From positions 248,001 to 312,000 of the forward strand of contig NW_027141363.1 in NCBI RefSeq assembly GCF_036365525.1: a DNA stretch of 64,000 nucleotides. Direction: 5' to 3'. Below the pieces are notes generated by a model, which saw nothing but the letters and a program-made list of their open reading frames with translations, was not told where the DNA came from and did not search any database. A program made the position numbers and the translations under genes. Shown here one piece after another: positions 1-13,112 of this stretch (within the stretch, counting starts at the first letter, position 1; each line of letters begins with the position of its first letter). Source of the DNA: Heterodontus francisci (taxonomy: Eukaryota).

Positions 1-210
1 ATTAATATGATGTTAACTCTTTAATGTTTGCACCCACTTGCAAACTTGTGGTTTCCACAATTCTATTTTACAGTTGTAAAGATCCAGGTTCTTGTCGGAA
101 ATTGGGACACAGACCGAATTTCCGTCGTTAATTCGGTGCAACACCGACGCCCATCGTCGCAATTGTAACTCCATCGATACTAGTTCATTCCCTCCAATTT
201 CTTTTTCTAG

Positions 211-520
211 GTGTTTGCCCGGGGTGATGTGATATATCAACGGCCTCAGTCACTGGCTGTTAAACAACCAGGACCCGTGGAAATGAACTGTCTGCAGGAA
301 GGAAAGATTCACAACTACATGTACTGGTATCGTCAGTCCCCCGGCAGAGGATTCCTCTCAATGGGCTCTGTTTACCGAGGCAGTGAACCTCAGTATGAAG
401 AGGGTTTTAAGAGCGGGTTTGTTATTACCAGGACTCTGAACAATAAGAAATCCACTCTGACGATCGAGAGTGTGAACGCCACGGACGAGGCGGTGTATTT
501 CTGTGCAGCTGGTGATGGGA
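211..520 (+). pseudogene. TRBV: TCR beta V exon, family A copy 1 (leader outside window; probably frameshifted)
   Basis: Acceptor AG 209-210. V domain with VEMNC, WYRQ, YFCAAGDG. 23-RSS CACAGCG 521-527 / ACAAAAACC 551-559. Has an extra C (TGCCCGGGG vs TGCCGGGG in the paralogues), which gives TGA with the family's phase-1 leader. Confidence 0.8.
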
Positions 521-1084
521 CACAGCGGTTCAGAGTCATTGGCCGCCTTGACAAAAACCATCACACGTCTCCCTTCAAACGGGTGCATTTAACCCAGCAT
601 TCGGTGAAGAGCAGCCCTGGCTGATCGGATGCGGATCTGCACCTGTTCAGTGCCCGTTCGAGTGGCAGAACGCCCATGTTCTAACTCCCCACAACCTCCA
701 GACAGGCAACACACACTGTCTGTGCCCACACCTGAATAATGGCCCTTTGAAATACAATTCAACCCGAACCTCAGATAGACCACACCTGGACAATTGTGCA
801 TACTGTGCACAATTCTCAGCTCGATATGCCTTGTGTAGACGGCGCCTGAAGTGCTGAGGACAGTTCATACTTACAAATACCTTACTTAGAGCTCTTCTGG
901 AGCCCTGTGCACTGTTCTGGTCTCCATCGACCTTGGTTGGACCAAATCTGCAGTGCTGTGCACAGTGCTGGTCTCCATATTACACAGAGAGGTAATGAGC
1001 AGAAGTGCAAAATCGATTTACAAGAATGATACCAGAGCACAAAGGTTATAACTATCAGGAAGGATTGAAAAGTCTGGGATTCCT

Positions 1085-2160
1085 TTCCCCAGTCAAGAGA
1101 AGGCTGAGGGGTGACCTGATAGAGGTGCTCAAGATTATGAAGGAATATGATAGGGTAGAGGTGCGAAGATGCCTGCACTTGTAGGGAAGGTCAGGAATAC
1201 ATCATACTCACTAATAACTCCAAGAAATGAATTTACACAGAGTGGTAAGAATGTGGAATTCACTAGCACACAGAAATAAATGATGTGTATAACCAGATAT
1301 ATGTAAATGGATGCTGGATAAAAACATTAGGGAGCAGGAAATAGCACGTCATACTGATAGGGCTGGATGAAGACATTGTTTATGTTCTTTCATCGGATGT
1401 GGGAATACAATATGAGAATAAGCTAACCAGCAATATAAAAACAGATGGTCGGAGCTTTTACATAACAAGCAAGAGTGCAGCTGAAGCTGACGTTGTTTTC
1501 TTCGAGGTAAAGACAGGAAAAATCATCATGGGGAATGGGGAAATGGCAGGGGAATTGAACTAATATTTAGTGCCTGTCTTCACAGTTGAAGACACAAGTT
1601 CCATCCCAGAAATAGGCAGTAATCTGGGGCCTAAAAAGAGTGAGGAAATTAAGGATATTCATATCAATTGAGAAAAAGTTTTGGAGAAACTTGGGGGATT
1701 AAAATCTGACAAGTCCCCTGGAACAGATGGATTATATACCAGAGTTCTAAAAGAGATAGCTGCAGAGAGAGTGGAGGCGCTGGCTATGATTTTCCAGAAT
1801 TCCTTAGATTCAGGAATGGTCCCATCGGATTGAAAGCTGACAAATGTTCCACGGCTTTTCAAGAAAAGAGGTAATGAAAAATCTCAGGATAAGGGATCAA
1901 TCATTCCGGACTGAGATGAGGAGAAATGACTTCACTCAAAGGGTTGTGAAACATTGGAATTCTCTATCCCAGAGTGTTGTGGATGCTCCTTCATTGATTA
2001 CATTTAAGGCTGGGATTTTTGATCCCTCAGGAAATCAAGGGATATGGGGAGTAGGCAGGAAATTGGAATTGAAACCCAAGATCAGCCATGATTGTATTGA
2101 ATGACGGAGCAAGCTCGATGGGATATATGGTCTACACCTGCTCCTATTTCTCGTGTTCTG
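1085..2160 (+). mobile_element. Degenerate CR1-type LINE fragments (paralogous copies ~7280-8325, ~13450-14505)
   Basis: LRGDLIEV-like, KSPG.DG..PRVLKE and FTQRVV..WNSL RT motifs plus a typical 3' tail; many stops. Confidence 0.75.
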
Positions 2161-3069
2161 TGGGTCTGAAGTCACATGTAGGCCAGACCAGGTAAGGATG
2201 GCGGATTTCCTTCCCGAAAAGACATGAGTGAGCCAGATGGGTGTCAGGGCACCTTAACTGAGACTAGCTTTCAAATGCAGATTTTGTGATGAAATAATTG
2301 TATTTATTCATTAATTGAATTTAAATTCCACCATCTGACCTGGTGAGATTCGAACGCATGTCCCCTGGAGGTTCGCCCCATCCTATGGATTACCAGCTCA
2401 GTGACATGACAAGTACACCACCATCTGCCCCAGGCTAGTCTGGAACATGGTCCCATCGGGCCGAATAGCCTGAATCTGTCCTGCATCTTCTATCTAATTC
2501 GATGTCACTAGCGTCACCAGCCGAAGCAATGGATAAAAAATGGGAAGACGGAGCAATTTCAAAGCATGTCTTCATAATGCCTATTTTATCAATTGCACTG
2601 TGCAAACCACAGGTGCCTGTAGTTACACTTGACAGCCACGAGGTGGGGATGGAGCTCCACCGCAGCCTGAGTCCCACTTGCTTCTGGAAAGACTGAGTGA
2701 GCAATGCAGCAGTGACTTGACCAATCTACCGAATAGTCAATTCCACTAACTCTGAAACAGATTAAAATCATAACCATTCCACACAAAATAGACAACTGGA
2801 TTTCCCCAAGTCTGCTCGTTCATAGTGCCTGGTTTGACCAACACTTGTGATATACTAAAACAGATGATCTGAAGGAAGTAAAGAGGGGAAGCAAAGTGAG
2901 AAAACGGTGAAAGAAAAATGAAGAAGGAGGCATTTTATATAAAAACACATTCAGGGATGCGCGCATCACTGACAAGGTCAGCATTCATTGCCTATGCCGA
3001 ACTGCCCTTAACTGAATGACTTGCTAGCCCATTTCAGAGGCAGTTAACAGTGAACTACATTGCTATCAG

Positions 3070-3830
3070 GTGATGCATTTTGGCAGAAGGGAGACAGAGA
3101 GGGAATACAGACTTAATGACACAGGCCTAAAGAGTGTTCAAGGACAGAGGGACCTGGGGGTTAATGTGCATAGATCTTTGAAGATGGCAGGACATATTGA
3201 GAGAGAGGTTCACGAAGCTTATGGGATCTTGGGATTCATGAACAGAGGTATAAAGTACAAAAGCAGCGTGGTTATGCTCAACATATATGAGGTTTTGGTT
3301 AGGCCCCAACTTGAGTATTGAGCCCGGTTCGGGTCACCACACTTTAGGAAGGATGTAAGGTCCTTGAGAGGGTGCAGAGGAGATTTACCGGGATGGTTCC
3401 AGGGATGAGAGATTTTAGCGACATGGTTAGTTTGGTGAAGCTGGGGTTGTTCTCCTTGGAGCAAAGGAAATTGAGGGGAGATTTGACAGAAGTGTACAAA
3501 ATGAAGAGAGGTTGCGGAAAATAGACAAAGAAAATCTGTTCCCATGAGCTGTTGGATACAAGGACTGGGGGACACAGATGTAAGGTTTTGGGGAAGAGAT
3601 ACAGGGGCGATGTGAGGCATATTTTGTTGACACAGCGCGGTGTAATGATGTGGAACTCACTGCCTACCTGGATGCTGGAAGCAGAGAGAATGAATGATTT
3701 CAAAATGTAATTGGATGTGAACTTGGAGAGAAATAAACTTGCTTGGGGCATGGGACTAATTGGATTGCTGTATAGAGAGCTCACACGGACTCGAAGGGCC
3801 GAACGTGCTCCTCCTCTGCTGTTCTGACTC
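3070..3830 (+). mobile_element. CR1-type LINE 3' fragment (copies ~9235-9995, ~15295-15800)
   Basis: QRDLGVNVH, LVRPQLEY and LERVQRRF motifs, and a GAAGGGCCGAA...CCTCCT tail. Confidence 0.8.
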
Positions 3831-4224
3831 TGCCCTACTCGCATTCCTGTTCACATATGCTATTGCTAATAGAATATTTTAGAATTCGCTAACAGATCTG
3901 CAATCGACTCCCAGAATAACTGTGGTTTATTTTAAATCGATGGCTCTGATCACACGTTTGTAGGCGTTATTTTATTCAGCAACTCCTGCTCTGGGCTCCC
4001 CTATACCAACTAATACCTGATCACACCGTGGACCCTACTCAACCCATTGAATGAAATAGAAGTAATTCCACTCATGCCCCACAATTGTTTTGTGGAACGA
4101 GGATCTGAGTGAGTTAACAACACTTCAATCTCAGATGACCGTGGACTGGAAGCTCAACAGTTGAAGCAATCCCCTGCCATGATAACTCACTTCCTCTCCC
4201 TTACTTTCAGGCTTGCAATATCCG

Positions 4225-4232
4225 TGATGCCA
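4225..4232 (+). promoter_or_regulatory. CRE-like V-beta promoter motif (paralogue TGACGCCA at 10389-10396)
   Basis: TGATGCCA/TGACGCCA about 110 nt upstream of the leader ATG, the position expected for the V-beta decamer. Confidence 0.45.
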
Positions 4233-4338
4233 TTTCCAGTCGTCTATGTTGCACTTTTTCCCCCATGTCTTCAACAAGAGGCGCCACATTCTTCCCACCT
4301 CTCCTGCTGCCAGACCACATCTTGGTTACCTCACCAAG

Positions 4339-5143
4339 ATGGAATTCAAACTCCTGCTCTGGGCCTTTTCATTGCTGATGCCGCGTAAGTAACTTCAGAA
4401 TGCTATTATTGTTTCATTTAACCTGAGTTTCTTTAAGAAATACACTTAATGATCCGTATGTAATATCGTTCATTGATGTTGTCATTTTCCCCTTCATATA
4501 GAAACAGACATTGAGTTATTTTGCACTGATATTTGCTTCTATAACCGGTGCATGATCTGCCAGACAGGACCTCACTCTTATTCTTAGAAAACTGGAATAA
4601 ATTACATTTAAAACTAAATTGAGATGAGAAAAATTGGGGAATGAACTCATTGCATAGCTTTTTCAAAGAGCTAGCACAGGCCTGCTGGGATGAACGGCCT
4701 CCTTCACATGTTGGATGATTGTCTGAGCTCATATTCGATCAGAAAATGCACTGGGATGCACTGCAGACTTTTCCTGATGTGGCTGCTTTAACTGAATCTT
4801 GGACCCTTTCCTTTCTCCCCCCTTCCCACTGCCCTAGATTGTTGTCGATGTGCCTCAGTGTCCCAGACACCCAGTGAACTGACTGTGGGACATGGGGAGA
4901 GCGCAACACTGACCTGTCAGCAGAAGGACACGGAGCACATCACCATGCTCTGGTACCGCCAGCACCACGGGCAAGGCCCCCAGCTTCTGGTGACGGACGT
5001 GTCTGGGAGCAAGCCTACTTTCCAGGACGAGTTCGAGAGGCGATTCGAGGTGGTGAGAGCTGACATTCAAAGGAGCACTCTGAAAATTCAGACTGCAGGC
5101 CCCGGAGATAGGGCGATGTATTACTGCGCCGCCACTGAAGGAG
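4339..5143 (+). CDS. TRBV: TCR beta V segment, family B copy 1 (leader 4339-4384, V exon 4838-5143)
   Basis: Leader MEFKLLLWAFSLLMP|GTAAGT, acceptor AG 4836-4837, in-frame VSQTP..LTC..WYRQ..YYCAATEG. 23-RSS CACAATG 5144-5150 / ACAATAACC 5174-5182. Confidence 0.95.
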
Positions 5144-6210
5144 CACAATGCTTCAAACCCCTTCCACACTATGACAATAACCACTCAGGTTCATTGCTAC
5201 AGCTATCCTCTTCTGTTCATCTCCTCGCCGTCTCGGGGTCTGACTTTGTCTGGTTGCCTTTGCGAGTCTACATCTGTATCTTTCAGCTGCCAACCAGCTC
5301 TTATAGAGATAAATAGATGGCTCGGTAGCCTGAAAGACAGAGATATAAACAGACCAATGGATAGATACATCTTAGCATCTTAGAATATCATCCTGTAACA
5401 TTTGAATCCATCAGAAATATTACACAATATTGATCATCTGGTTAACAATTGAAATCAAAATATTGCCAGTTGTCATCGACATTCATAATCGCTGAATTGT
5501 TACAGCGCAGGAGGAGGACATTCGGCCCATCGTGTCTGCACTGGCTCTCCGAAAGAGCAATGGGTTTCACTGGGAAAGTAACAAACACAGCTTGTTGCAG
5601 TTGCACAATGCTGCCACTGGTCGGCGCTATGGCTCCACGGTATTTCGCGCCACCACAGGCTTTGGCGCCGCTGATCAATGAGCCAATTCCTCTGCTTCTG
5701 CAATCTTTCCACTTTCAATGCTAAATGCAGTTAGATTTCCACTTTACAGTGATGTTATATGAGCCGCCTCCGCTGCCACCGAACTATCCACCTTCTCTTC
5801 CTCCACTACTGCTTTTAATTTGCAAAAGGATGTTAATAATCCCCTGTTCTGCACCGTTACCTCTGGAGACACCCAAAGCAGCTATCGTTGCACCGCCCCT
5901 TGTATTTTCACCCACCTTCTCCAACACAGTTCCCCTCGCCTCGGCATGAAAGCAATCTCACAAAGGGAAGAGAGTGAAGATATTTGCAGAGGAGTAGAAA
6001 GTGGGGTGGAAGGAGGAAAAGAGAAGAAAAAAGTGGAAAGGGGCGGAAGGAAGCAAACGAAAGAATGGGAGACAACTTAAAGGTAGGGGCAGGGCTCATT
6101 GCCTTGAGAGAACTTCCTCTGATGACGATCCGCTCTGCCTACACCTCATCTCTCTCCCTCCCTTAAAACCCAGAGTAACCAGCAGAAAGTCTCTCAGATC
6201 CACCGCAAAC

Positions 6211-6944
6211 ATGCTTTTCAGTTTCATCGTCTTTGCTATTTCCCTTCTGGGGCTGAGTAGGTTCACACTCTGTCCCAATCACTCTTCTACATTTGATCAA
6301 CTGAAAGGGATGATTAATGATCTCAATAAAACTGAGTGGCGGTGACTTGTGAAATCAGTAATCGATTATTTCATATCAGACAGTGAACTCATTCATCTGT
6401 CCCCTAGTTCGGGAAGACAAGTGTTATTAATATGATGTTAACTCTTTAATGTTTGCACCCACTTGCAAGCTTGTGGATTCCACAATTCTATTTTACAGTT
6501 GTAAAGATCCAGGTACTTGCAGGAAATTAGGACACAGACCGAATTTCCATCGTTAATTCGGTGCAACACCGACGCCCATCGTCTCAATTGTAACTCCATC
6601 GATACTAGTTCATTCCCTCTAATTTCTCTTTCTCGGTGTTTGCCGGGGTGATGTGATACATCAATGGCCTCAGTCACTGGCTGTTAAACAACCAGGACCC
6701 GTGGAAATGAACTGTCTGCAGAAAGGAAAGATTCGCAACTACATGTACTGGTATCGTCAGTCCCCCGGCAGAGGATTCCTGTTAATCGGGTTTAACTTTC
6801 TAAGCAATGAACCTCAGTATGAAGAGGGTTTTAAGAGCGGGTTTGTTATTACCATGACTCTGGACAATAAGAAATCCACACTGACGATCGAGAGTGTGAA
6901 CGCCACGGACGAGGCGGTGTATTTCTGTGCAGCTGGTGATGGGA
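6211..6944 (+). pseudogene. TRBV: TCR beta V segment, family A copy 2 (leader 6211-6256, V exon 6636-6944); splice acceptor mutated
   Basis: Leader MLFSFIVFAISLLGL|GTAGGT. Acceptor is CG (6634-6635) where paralogues have AG. V ORF intact. 23-RSS CACAGCG 6945-6951 / ACAAAAACC 6975-6983. Confidence 0.8.
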
Positions 6945-9900
6945 CACAGCGGTTCAGAGTCATTGGCCGCCTTGACAAAAACCCTCACACGTTTCCCTTC
7001 AAACGGGTGCATTTAACCTAGCATTCGGTGAAGAGCAGCCCTGGCTGATCGGATGCGGATCTGCACCTGTTCAGTGCCCGTTCGAGTGGCAGAACGCCCA
7101 TGTTCTAACTCCCCACAACCTCCAGGCAGACAACACACACTTTCTCTGCCCACACCTGTATAATGGTTCATCGAACGGCTCTTCAACCCGTACCTCGGTT
7201 AGACCACACCTGGAGCTCTGTGCATAATTCTTATCTCTACAGGCTTTGTTTAGACGACACCTGAAGTGCTGAGGACAATGCTGAGGGTGACCTGTTAGAG
7301 GTGTTCAAGATTATGAAGGAATATAATAGGGTAGAGGTAGAGAAGATGCCTGCACTTGTCGGGAAGGTCATGAATACATCATACTCACTAATAACTCCAA
7401 GAAATGAATTTATACAGTGGTGAGAATGTGGAATTCGCTGGCACACAGAAATAAATGATGTGTACAAACAGATATATGTAAATGGATGCTGGATAAAAAC
7501 ATTAGGGAGTAGGAAATAGCACGTCATACTGACAGGGCTGGATGAAGACATGGTTTAGTTTCTTTCATTGGATGTGGGAATAAAATTTGCGAATAAGCTA
7601 ACCAGCAATATAAAAACAGATGGTGGGAGCTTTTACATAAAAAATAAGAGAGTAGCTAAAGTTGATGTTGGTCCCTTAGAGGTAAAGACAGGAGAAATTA
7701 TCATGGGGAATAGGGGAATTGAAAAAATATTTTGTGTCTGTCTTCACAGTAGAAGACACAAGTTCCATACCAGAAATAGGAAGTTATCTGGGGGCTAAAA
7801 AGAGTGAGGCAATTAAGGATTTTCATATCAATTGAGAAAAAGTCTACGAGAAATTTGAGGGATTAAAATGCGACAAGTCCCCTGGAGCAGATGGATTACA
7901 TCCCAGGGTTCTAAAAGAGATAGCTGCAGAGATAGTGGAGGCACTGGCTATGATTTTCCAGAATTCCTTAGATTCAGGAATGGTGCCATCGGATTGAACG
8001 CTGACAAATGTTACACGGCTTTTCAAAAAAGGAGGTAATGAGAAATCTCAGGACAGGGGATCAATCATTCCGAACTGAGATGAGGAGAAATTGCTTCACT
8101 CAAAGGGTTGTGAATCTTTGGAATTTTCTACCCTAGAGTGTTGTGGATGCTCCTTCATTGAATACATTTACGGCTGGGATTTCTGATCCCTCAGGAAATC
8201 AAGGGATATGGGGAGTAGGCAGGAAAGTGGAATTGAAGCCCAAGATCAGCCACGATTGTATTGAATGATGGAGCAAGCTCGATGGGATATATGGTCTACA
8301 CCTGCTCCTATTTCTTGTGTTCTGTGGGTCTGGAGTCACATGTAGACCAGACCAGGTAAGGACGGCGGATTTCCTTCACTAAAAGACATGAGTGAGCCAG
8401 CTGGGTGACAGGGCCCCTTAACTGAGACTAGCTTTCAATTGCAGATTTTCTGATGAAATAATTATATTTATTCATTAATTGAATTTAAATTCCGCCATCT
8501 GACCTGGTGGGATTCGAACGCATGTCCCCTGGAGATTAGCCCCATCCTCTGGATTACCAGCTCAGAGACATGACAAGTACACCGCCATCTGCCCCAGGCT
8601 CTTCTGGAACATGGTCCCATCGGGCCGAATAGCCTGAATCTGTGCTGCAAATTCTATCTAATTCGATGTCACCAGCGTCAGCAGCCGAAGCAATGGATAA
8701 AAAATGGGAAGACGGAGCAATTTCAAAGCATGTCTTCATAATGCCTATTTTATCAATTGCACTGTGCAAACCACAGGTGCCTGTAGTTACACATGACAGC
8801 CACGAGGTGGGGATGGAGCTCCACCGCAGCCTGAGTCCCACTTGCTTCTGTGAAGACTGAGTGAGCAAAGCAGCAGTGACTTGACCAATCTACCTAATAG
8901 TCAATTCCACTAACTCTGGAACAGATTAAAATCATAACCATTCCACACAAAATAGACAATTGGATTTCCCCAAGTCTGCTCGTTCATAGTGAATGGTTTG
9001 AGCAACACTTGTGATATACTAAAACAGATGATCTGAAGGAAGTAAAGAGGGGAAGCAAAGTGAGAAAACAGTGAAAGAAAAATGAAGAAGGAGGCATTTT
9101 ATATAAAAACACATTCAGGGATGCGCACATCACTGACAAGGTCAGCATTCATTGCCTATGCCGAACTGCCCTTAACTGAATGACTTGCTAGCCCATTTCA
9201 GAGGCAGTTAACAGTGAACTACATTGCTATCAGGTGATGCATTTTGGCAGAAGGGAGACAGAGAGGAATTACTGACTTAATGACATAGGCCTAAAGAGTG
9301 TTCAAGGACAGAGGGACCTGGGGGTTAATGTGCATAGATCTTTGAAGGTGGCAGGACATATTGAGAGAGAGGTTCACGAAGCTTATGGGATCTTGGGATT
9401 CATGAATGGAGGTATAAAGTACAAAAGCAGCGTGGTTATGCTCAACATATATGAGGATTTGGTTAGGCCCCAACTTGAGTATTGAGCCCGGTTCGGGTCA
9501 CCACACTTTAGGAAGAATGTAGGGTCCTTGAGAGGGTGTAAAGGAGATTTACCGGGATGGTTCCAGGGATGAGAGATTTTAGCGACATGGTTAGTTTGGT
9601 GAAGCTGGGGTTGTTCTCCTTGGAGCAAAGGAAATTGAGGGGAGATTTGACAGAAGTGTACAAAATGAAGAGAGGTTGCGGAAAATAGACAAAGAAAATC
9701 TGTTCCCATGAGCTGATGGATACAAGGACTAGGGGACACAGATGTAAGGTTTTGGGGAAGAGATACAGGGGCGATGTGAGGCATATTTTGTTTACACAGC
9801 GCGGTGTAATGATGTGGAACTCACTGCCTACCTGGATGCTGGAAGCAGAGAGAATGAATGATTTCAAAATGTAATTGGATGTAAACTTGGAGAGAAATAA

Positions 9901-10502
9901 ACTTGCTTGGGGCATGGGACTAATTGGATTGCTGTACAGAGAGCTCACACGGACTCGAAGGGCCGAACGTGCTCCTCCTCTGCTGTTCTGACTCTGCCCT
10001 CCTCGCATTTCTGTTCACATATGCTATTGCTAATAGAATATTTTAGAATTTGCTAACAGATCTGCAATCGACTCCCAGAATAACTGTGGTTTATTTTAAA
10101 TCGATGGCTCTGATCACACGTTTGTAGGCGTTATTTTATTCAGCAACTCCTGCTCTGGGCTCCCCTATACCAACTAATACCTGATCACACCGTGGACCCT
10201 ACTCAACCCATTGAATGAAATAGAAGTAATTCCACTCATGCCCCACAACTGTTTTGTGGAACGAGGATCTGAGCGAGTTAACAACTCTTCAATCTCAGAT
10301 GACCGTGGACTGGAAGCTCAACAGTTGAAGTAATCCCCTGCCATGATAACTCACTTCCTCTCCCTTACTTTCAGGCTTGCAATATCCGTGACGCCATTTC
10401 CAGTCGTCTATGTTGCACCTTTTCCCCCATGTCTTCAACAAGAGGCGCCACATTCTTCCCACCTCTCCTGCTGCCAGACCACATCTTGGTTACCTCACCA
10501 AG

Positions 10503-11307
10503 ATGGAATTCAAACTCCTGCTCTGGGCCTTTTCATTGCTGATGCCGCGTAAGTAACTTCAGAATGCTATTCTTGTTTCATTTAACCTGAGTTTCTTTAA
10601 GAAATACACTTAATGATCCGTATGTAATATCGTTCATTGATGTTGTCATTGTCCCCTTCATATAGAAACAGACATTGAGTTACTTTGCACTGATATTTAC
10701 TTCGAAAACCGGTGCATGATCTGCCAGACAGGACCTCACTCTTATTCTTAGAAAACTGGAATAAATTACATTTAAAACTAAATTGAGATGAGAAAAGTTG
10801 GGGAATGAACTCATTGCATAGCTTTTTCAAAGAGCTAGCACAGGCCTGCTGGGATGAACGGCCTCCTTCACATGTTGGATGATTGTCTGAGCTCATATTC
10901 GATCAGAAAATGCACTGGGATGCACTGCAGACTTTTCCTGATGTGGCTGCTTTAACTGAATCTTGGACCCTTTCCTTTCTCCCCCCTTCCCACTACCCTA
11001 GATTGTTGTCGATGTGCCTCAGTGTCCCAGACACCCAGTGAACTGACTGTGGGACATGGGGAGAGCGCAACACTGACCTGTCAGCAGAAGGACACGGAGC
11101 ACATCACCATGCTCTGGTACCGCCAGCACCACGGGCAAGGCCCCCAGCTTCTGGTGACGGACGTGTCTGGGAGCAAGCCTACTTTCCAGGAAGAGTTCGA
11201 GAGGCGATTCGAGGTGGTGAGAGCTGACATTCAAAGGAGCACTCTGAAAATTCAGACTGCAGGCCCCGGAGATAGGGCGATGTATTACTGCGCCGCCACT
11301 GAAGGAG
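10503..11307 (+). CDS. TRBV: TCR beta V segment, family B copy 2 (leader 10503-10548, V exon 11002-11307)
   Basis: Near-identical to 4339-5143 (one D/E change in the V domain). 23-RSS CACAATG 11308-11314 / ACAATAACC 11338-11346. Confidence 0.95.
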
Positions 11308-12378
11308 CACAATGCTTCAAACCCCTTCCACACTATGACAATAACCACTCAGGCTCATTGCTACAGCTATCCTCTTCTGTTCATCTCCTCGCCGTCTCGG
11401 GGTCTGACTTTGTCTGGTTGCCTTTGCGAGTCTACATCTGTATCTTTCAGCTGCCAACCAGCTCTTCTAGAGATAAATAGATGGCTCGGTAGCCTGAAAG
11501 ACAGAGATATAAACAGACCAATGGATAGATACATCTTAGTATCTTAGAATATCATCCTGTAACATTTGAATCCATCACAAATATTACACAATATTGATCA
11601 TCTGGTTAACAATTGAAATCAAAATATTGCCAGTTGTCATCGACATTCATAATCGCTGAATTGTTACAGCGCAGGAGGAGGACATTCGGCCCATCGTGTC
11701 TGCACTGGCTCTCCGAAAGAGCAATGGGTTTCACTGGGAAAGTAACAAACACAGCTTGTTGCAGTTGCACAATGCTGGCACTGGTCGGCGCTATGGCTCC
11801 ACGGTATTTCGCGCCACCACAGGCTTTGGCGCCGCTGATCAATGAGCCAATTCCTCTGCTTCTGCAATCTTTCCACTTTCAATGCTAAATGCAGTTAGAT
11901 TTCCACTTTACAGTGATGTTATATGAGCCGCCTCCGCTGCCATCGAACTATCCACCTTCTCTTCCTCCACTACTGCTTTTAATTTGCAAAAGGATGTTAA
12001 TAATCCCCTGTTCTGCACCGTTACCTCTGGAGTCACCCAATGCAGCTATCGTTATACCGCCCCTTGTATTTTCACCCACCCTCTCCAACACAGTTCCCCT
12101 CGCCTCGGCATGAAAGCAATCTCACAAAGGGAAGAGAGTGAAGATATTTGCAGAGGAGTAGAAAGTGGGGTGGAAGGAGGAAAATGGAGAGAAGAAAAAA
12201 GTGGAAAGGGGCGGAAGGAAGCAAACGAAAGAATGGGGGACAACTTAAAGGTAGGGGCGGGGATCATTGCCTTGAGATAGCTTCCTCTTATGACGATCCG
12301 CTCTGCCAACACCTCATCTCTCTCCCTCCCTTAAAACCCAGAGTAACCAGCAGAAAGTCTCTCAGATCCACCGCAAAC

Positions 12379-13112
12379 ATGCCTTTCAGTTTCATCCTCT
12401 TTGCTATTTCCATTCTGGCGCTGAGTAGGTTAAAATTCTGTCCCAATCACTCTTCAACATTTGATCAACTGAAAGGGATGATTAATGATCTCAATAAAAC
12501 TGAGCGGCAGTGACTTGTTAAATCAGTAATCGATTATTTCATATCAGACAGTGAACTCATTCATCTGTCCCCTAGTTTGGGAAGACAAGTGTTATTAATA
12601 TGATGTTAACTCTTTAATGTTTGCACCCACTTGCAAGCTTGTGGATTCCACAATTCTATCTTACAGTTGTAAAGATCCAGGTTCTTGTAGGAAATTAGGA
12701 CGCAGACCGAATTTCTGTCGTTAATTTGGTGCAACACCGACGCCCATCGTCTCAATTGTAACTCCATCGATACAGGTTCATTCCCTCTAATTTCTCTTTC
12801 TAGGTGTTTGCCGGGGTGAGGTGATACATCAATGGCCTCAGTCACTGGCTTTTAAACAACCAGGACCCGTGGAAATGAACTGTCTGCAGAAAGGAACAGT
12901 TCGCAGCTACATGTACTGGTATCGTCAGTCCCCCAGCAGAGGATTCCTGTTAATCGGGTTTAACTATCTAAGCAATGAACCTCAGTATGAAGAGGGTATT
13001 AAGAGCGGGTTTGTTATTACCAGGACTCTGGACAATAAGAAATCCACTCTGACGATCGAGAGTGTGAACGCCACGGACGAGGCGGTGTATTTCTGTGCAG
13101 CTGGTGATGGGA
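12379..13112 (+). CDS. TRBV: TCR beta V segment, family A copy 3 (leader 12379-12424, V exon 12804-13112)
   Basis: Leader MPFSFILFAISILAL|GTAGGT, AG 12802-12803, in-frame SVCRGEVIHQWP...YFCAAGDG. 23-RSS CACAACG 13113-13119 / ACAAAAACC 13143-13151. Confidence 0.93.

Noticed and set aside
2435-2800. Possible inverted V relic (minus-strand LTQS..., CACAGTG at 2596-2602), repeated in each cassette
   Set aside because: No WYRQ or YYC motifs and no nonamer at 12 or 23 nt; the repetition is explained by the cassette duplication.
5590-5670. CpG-rich stretch with CTCF-like words and a short inverted repeat
   Set aside because: Three or more mismatches to the CTCF consensus; too weak to call by eye.
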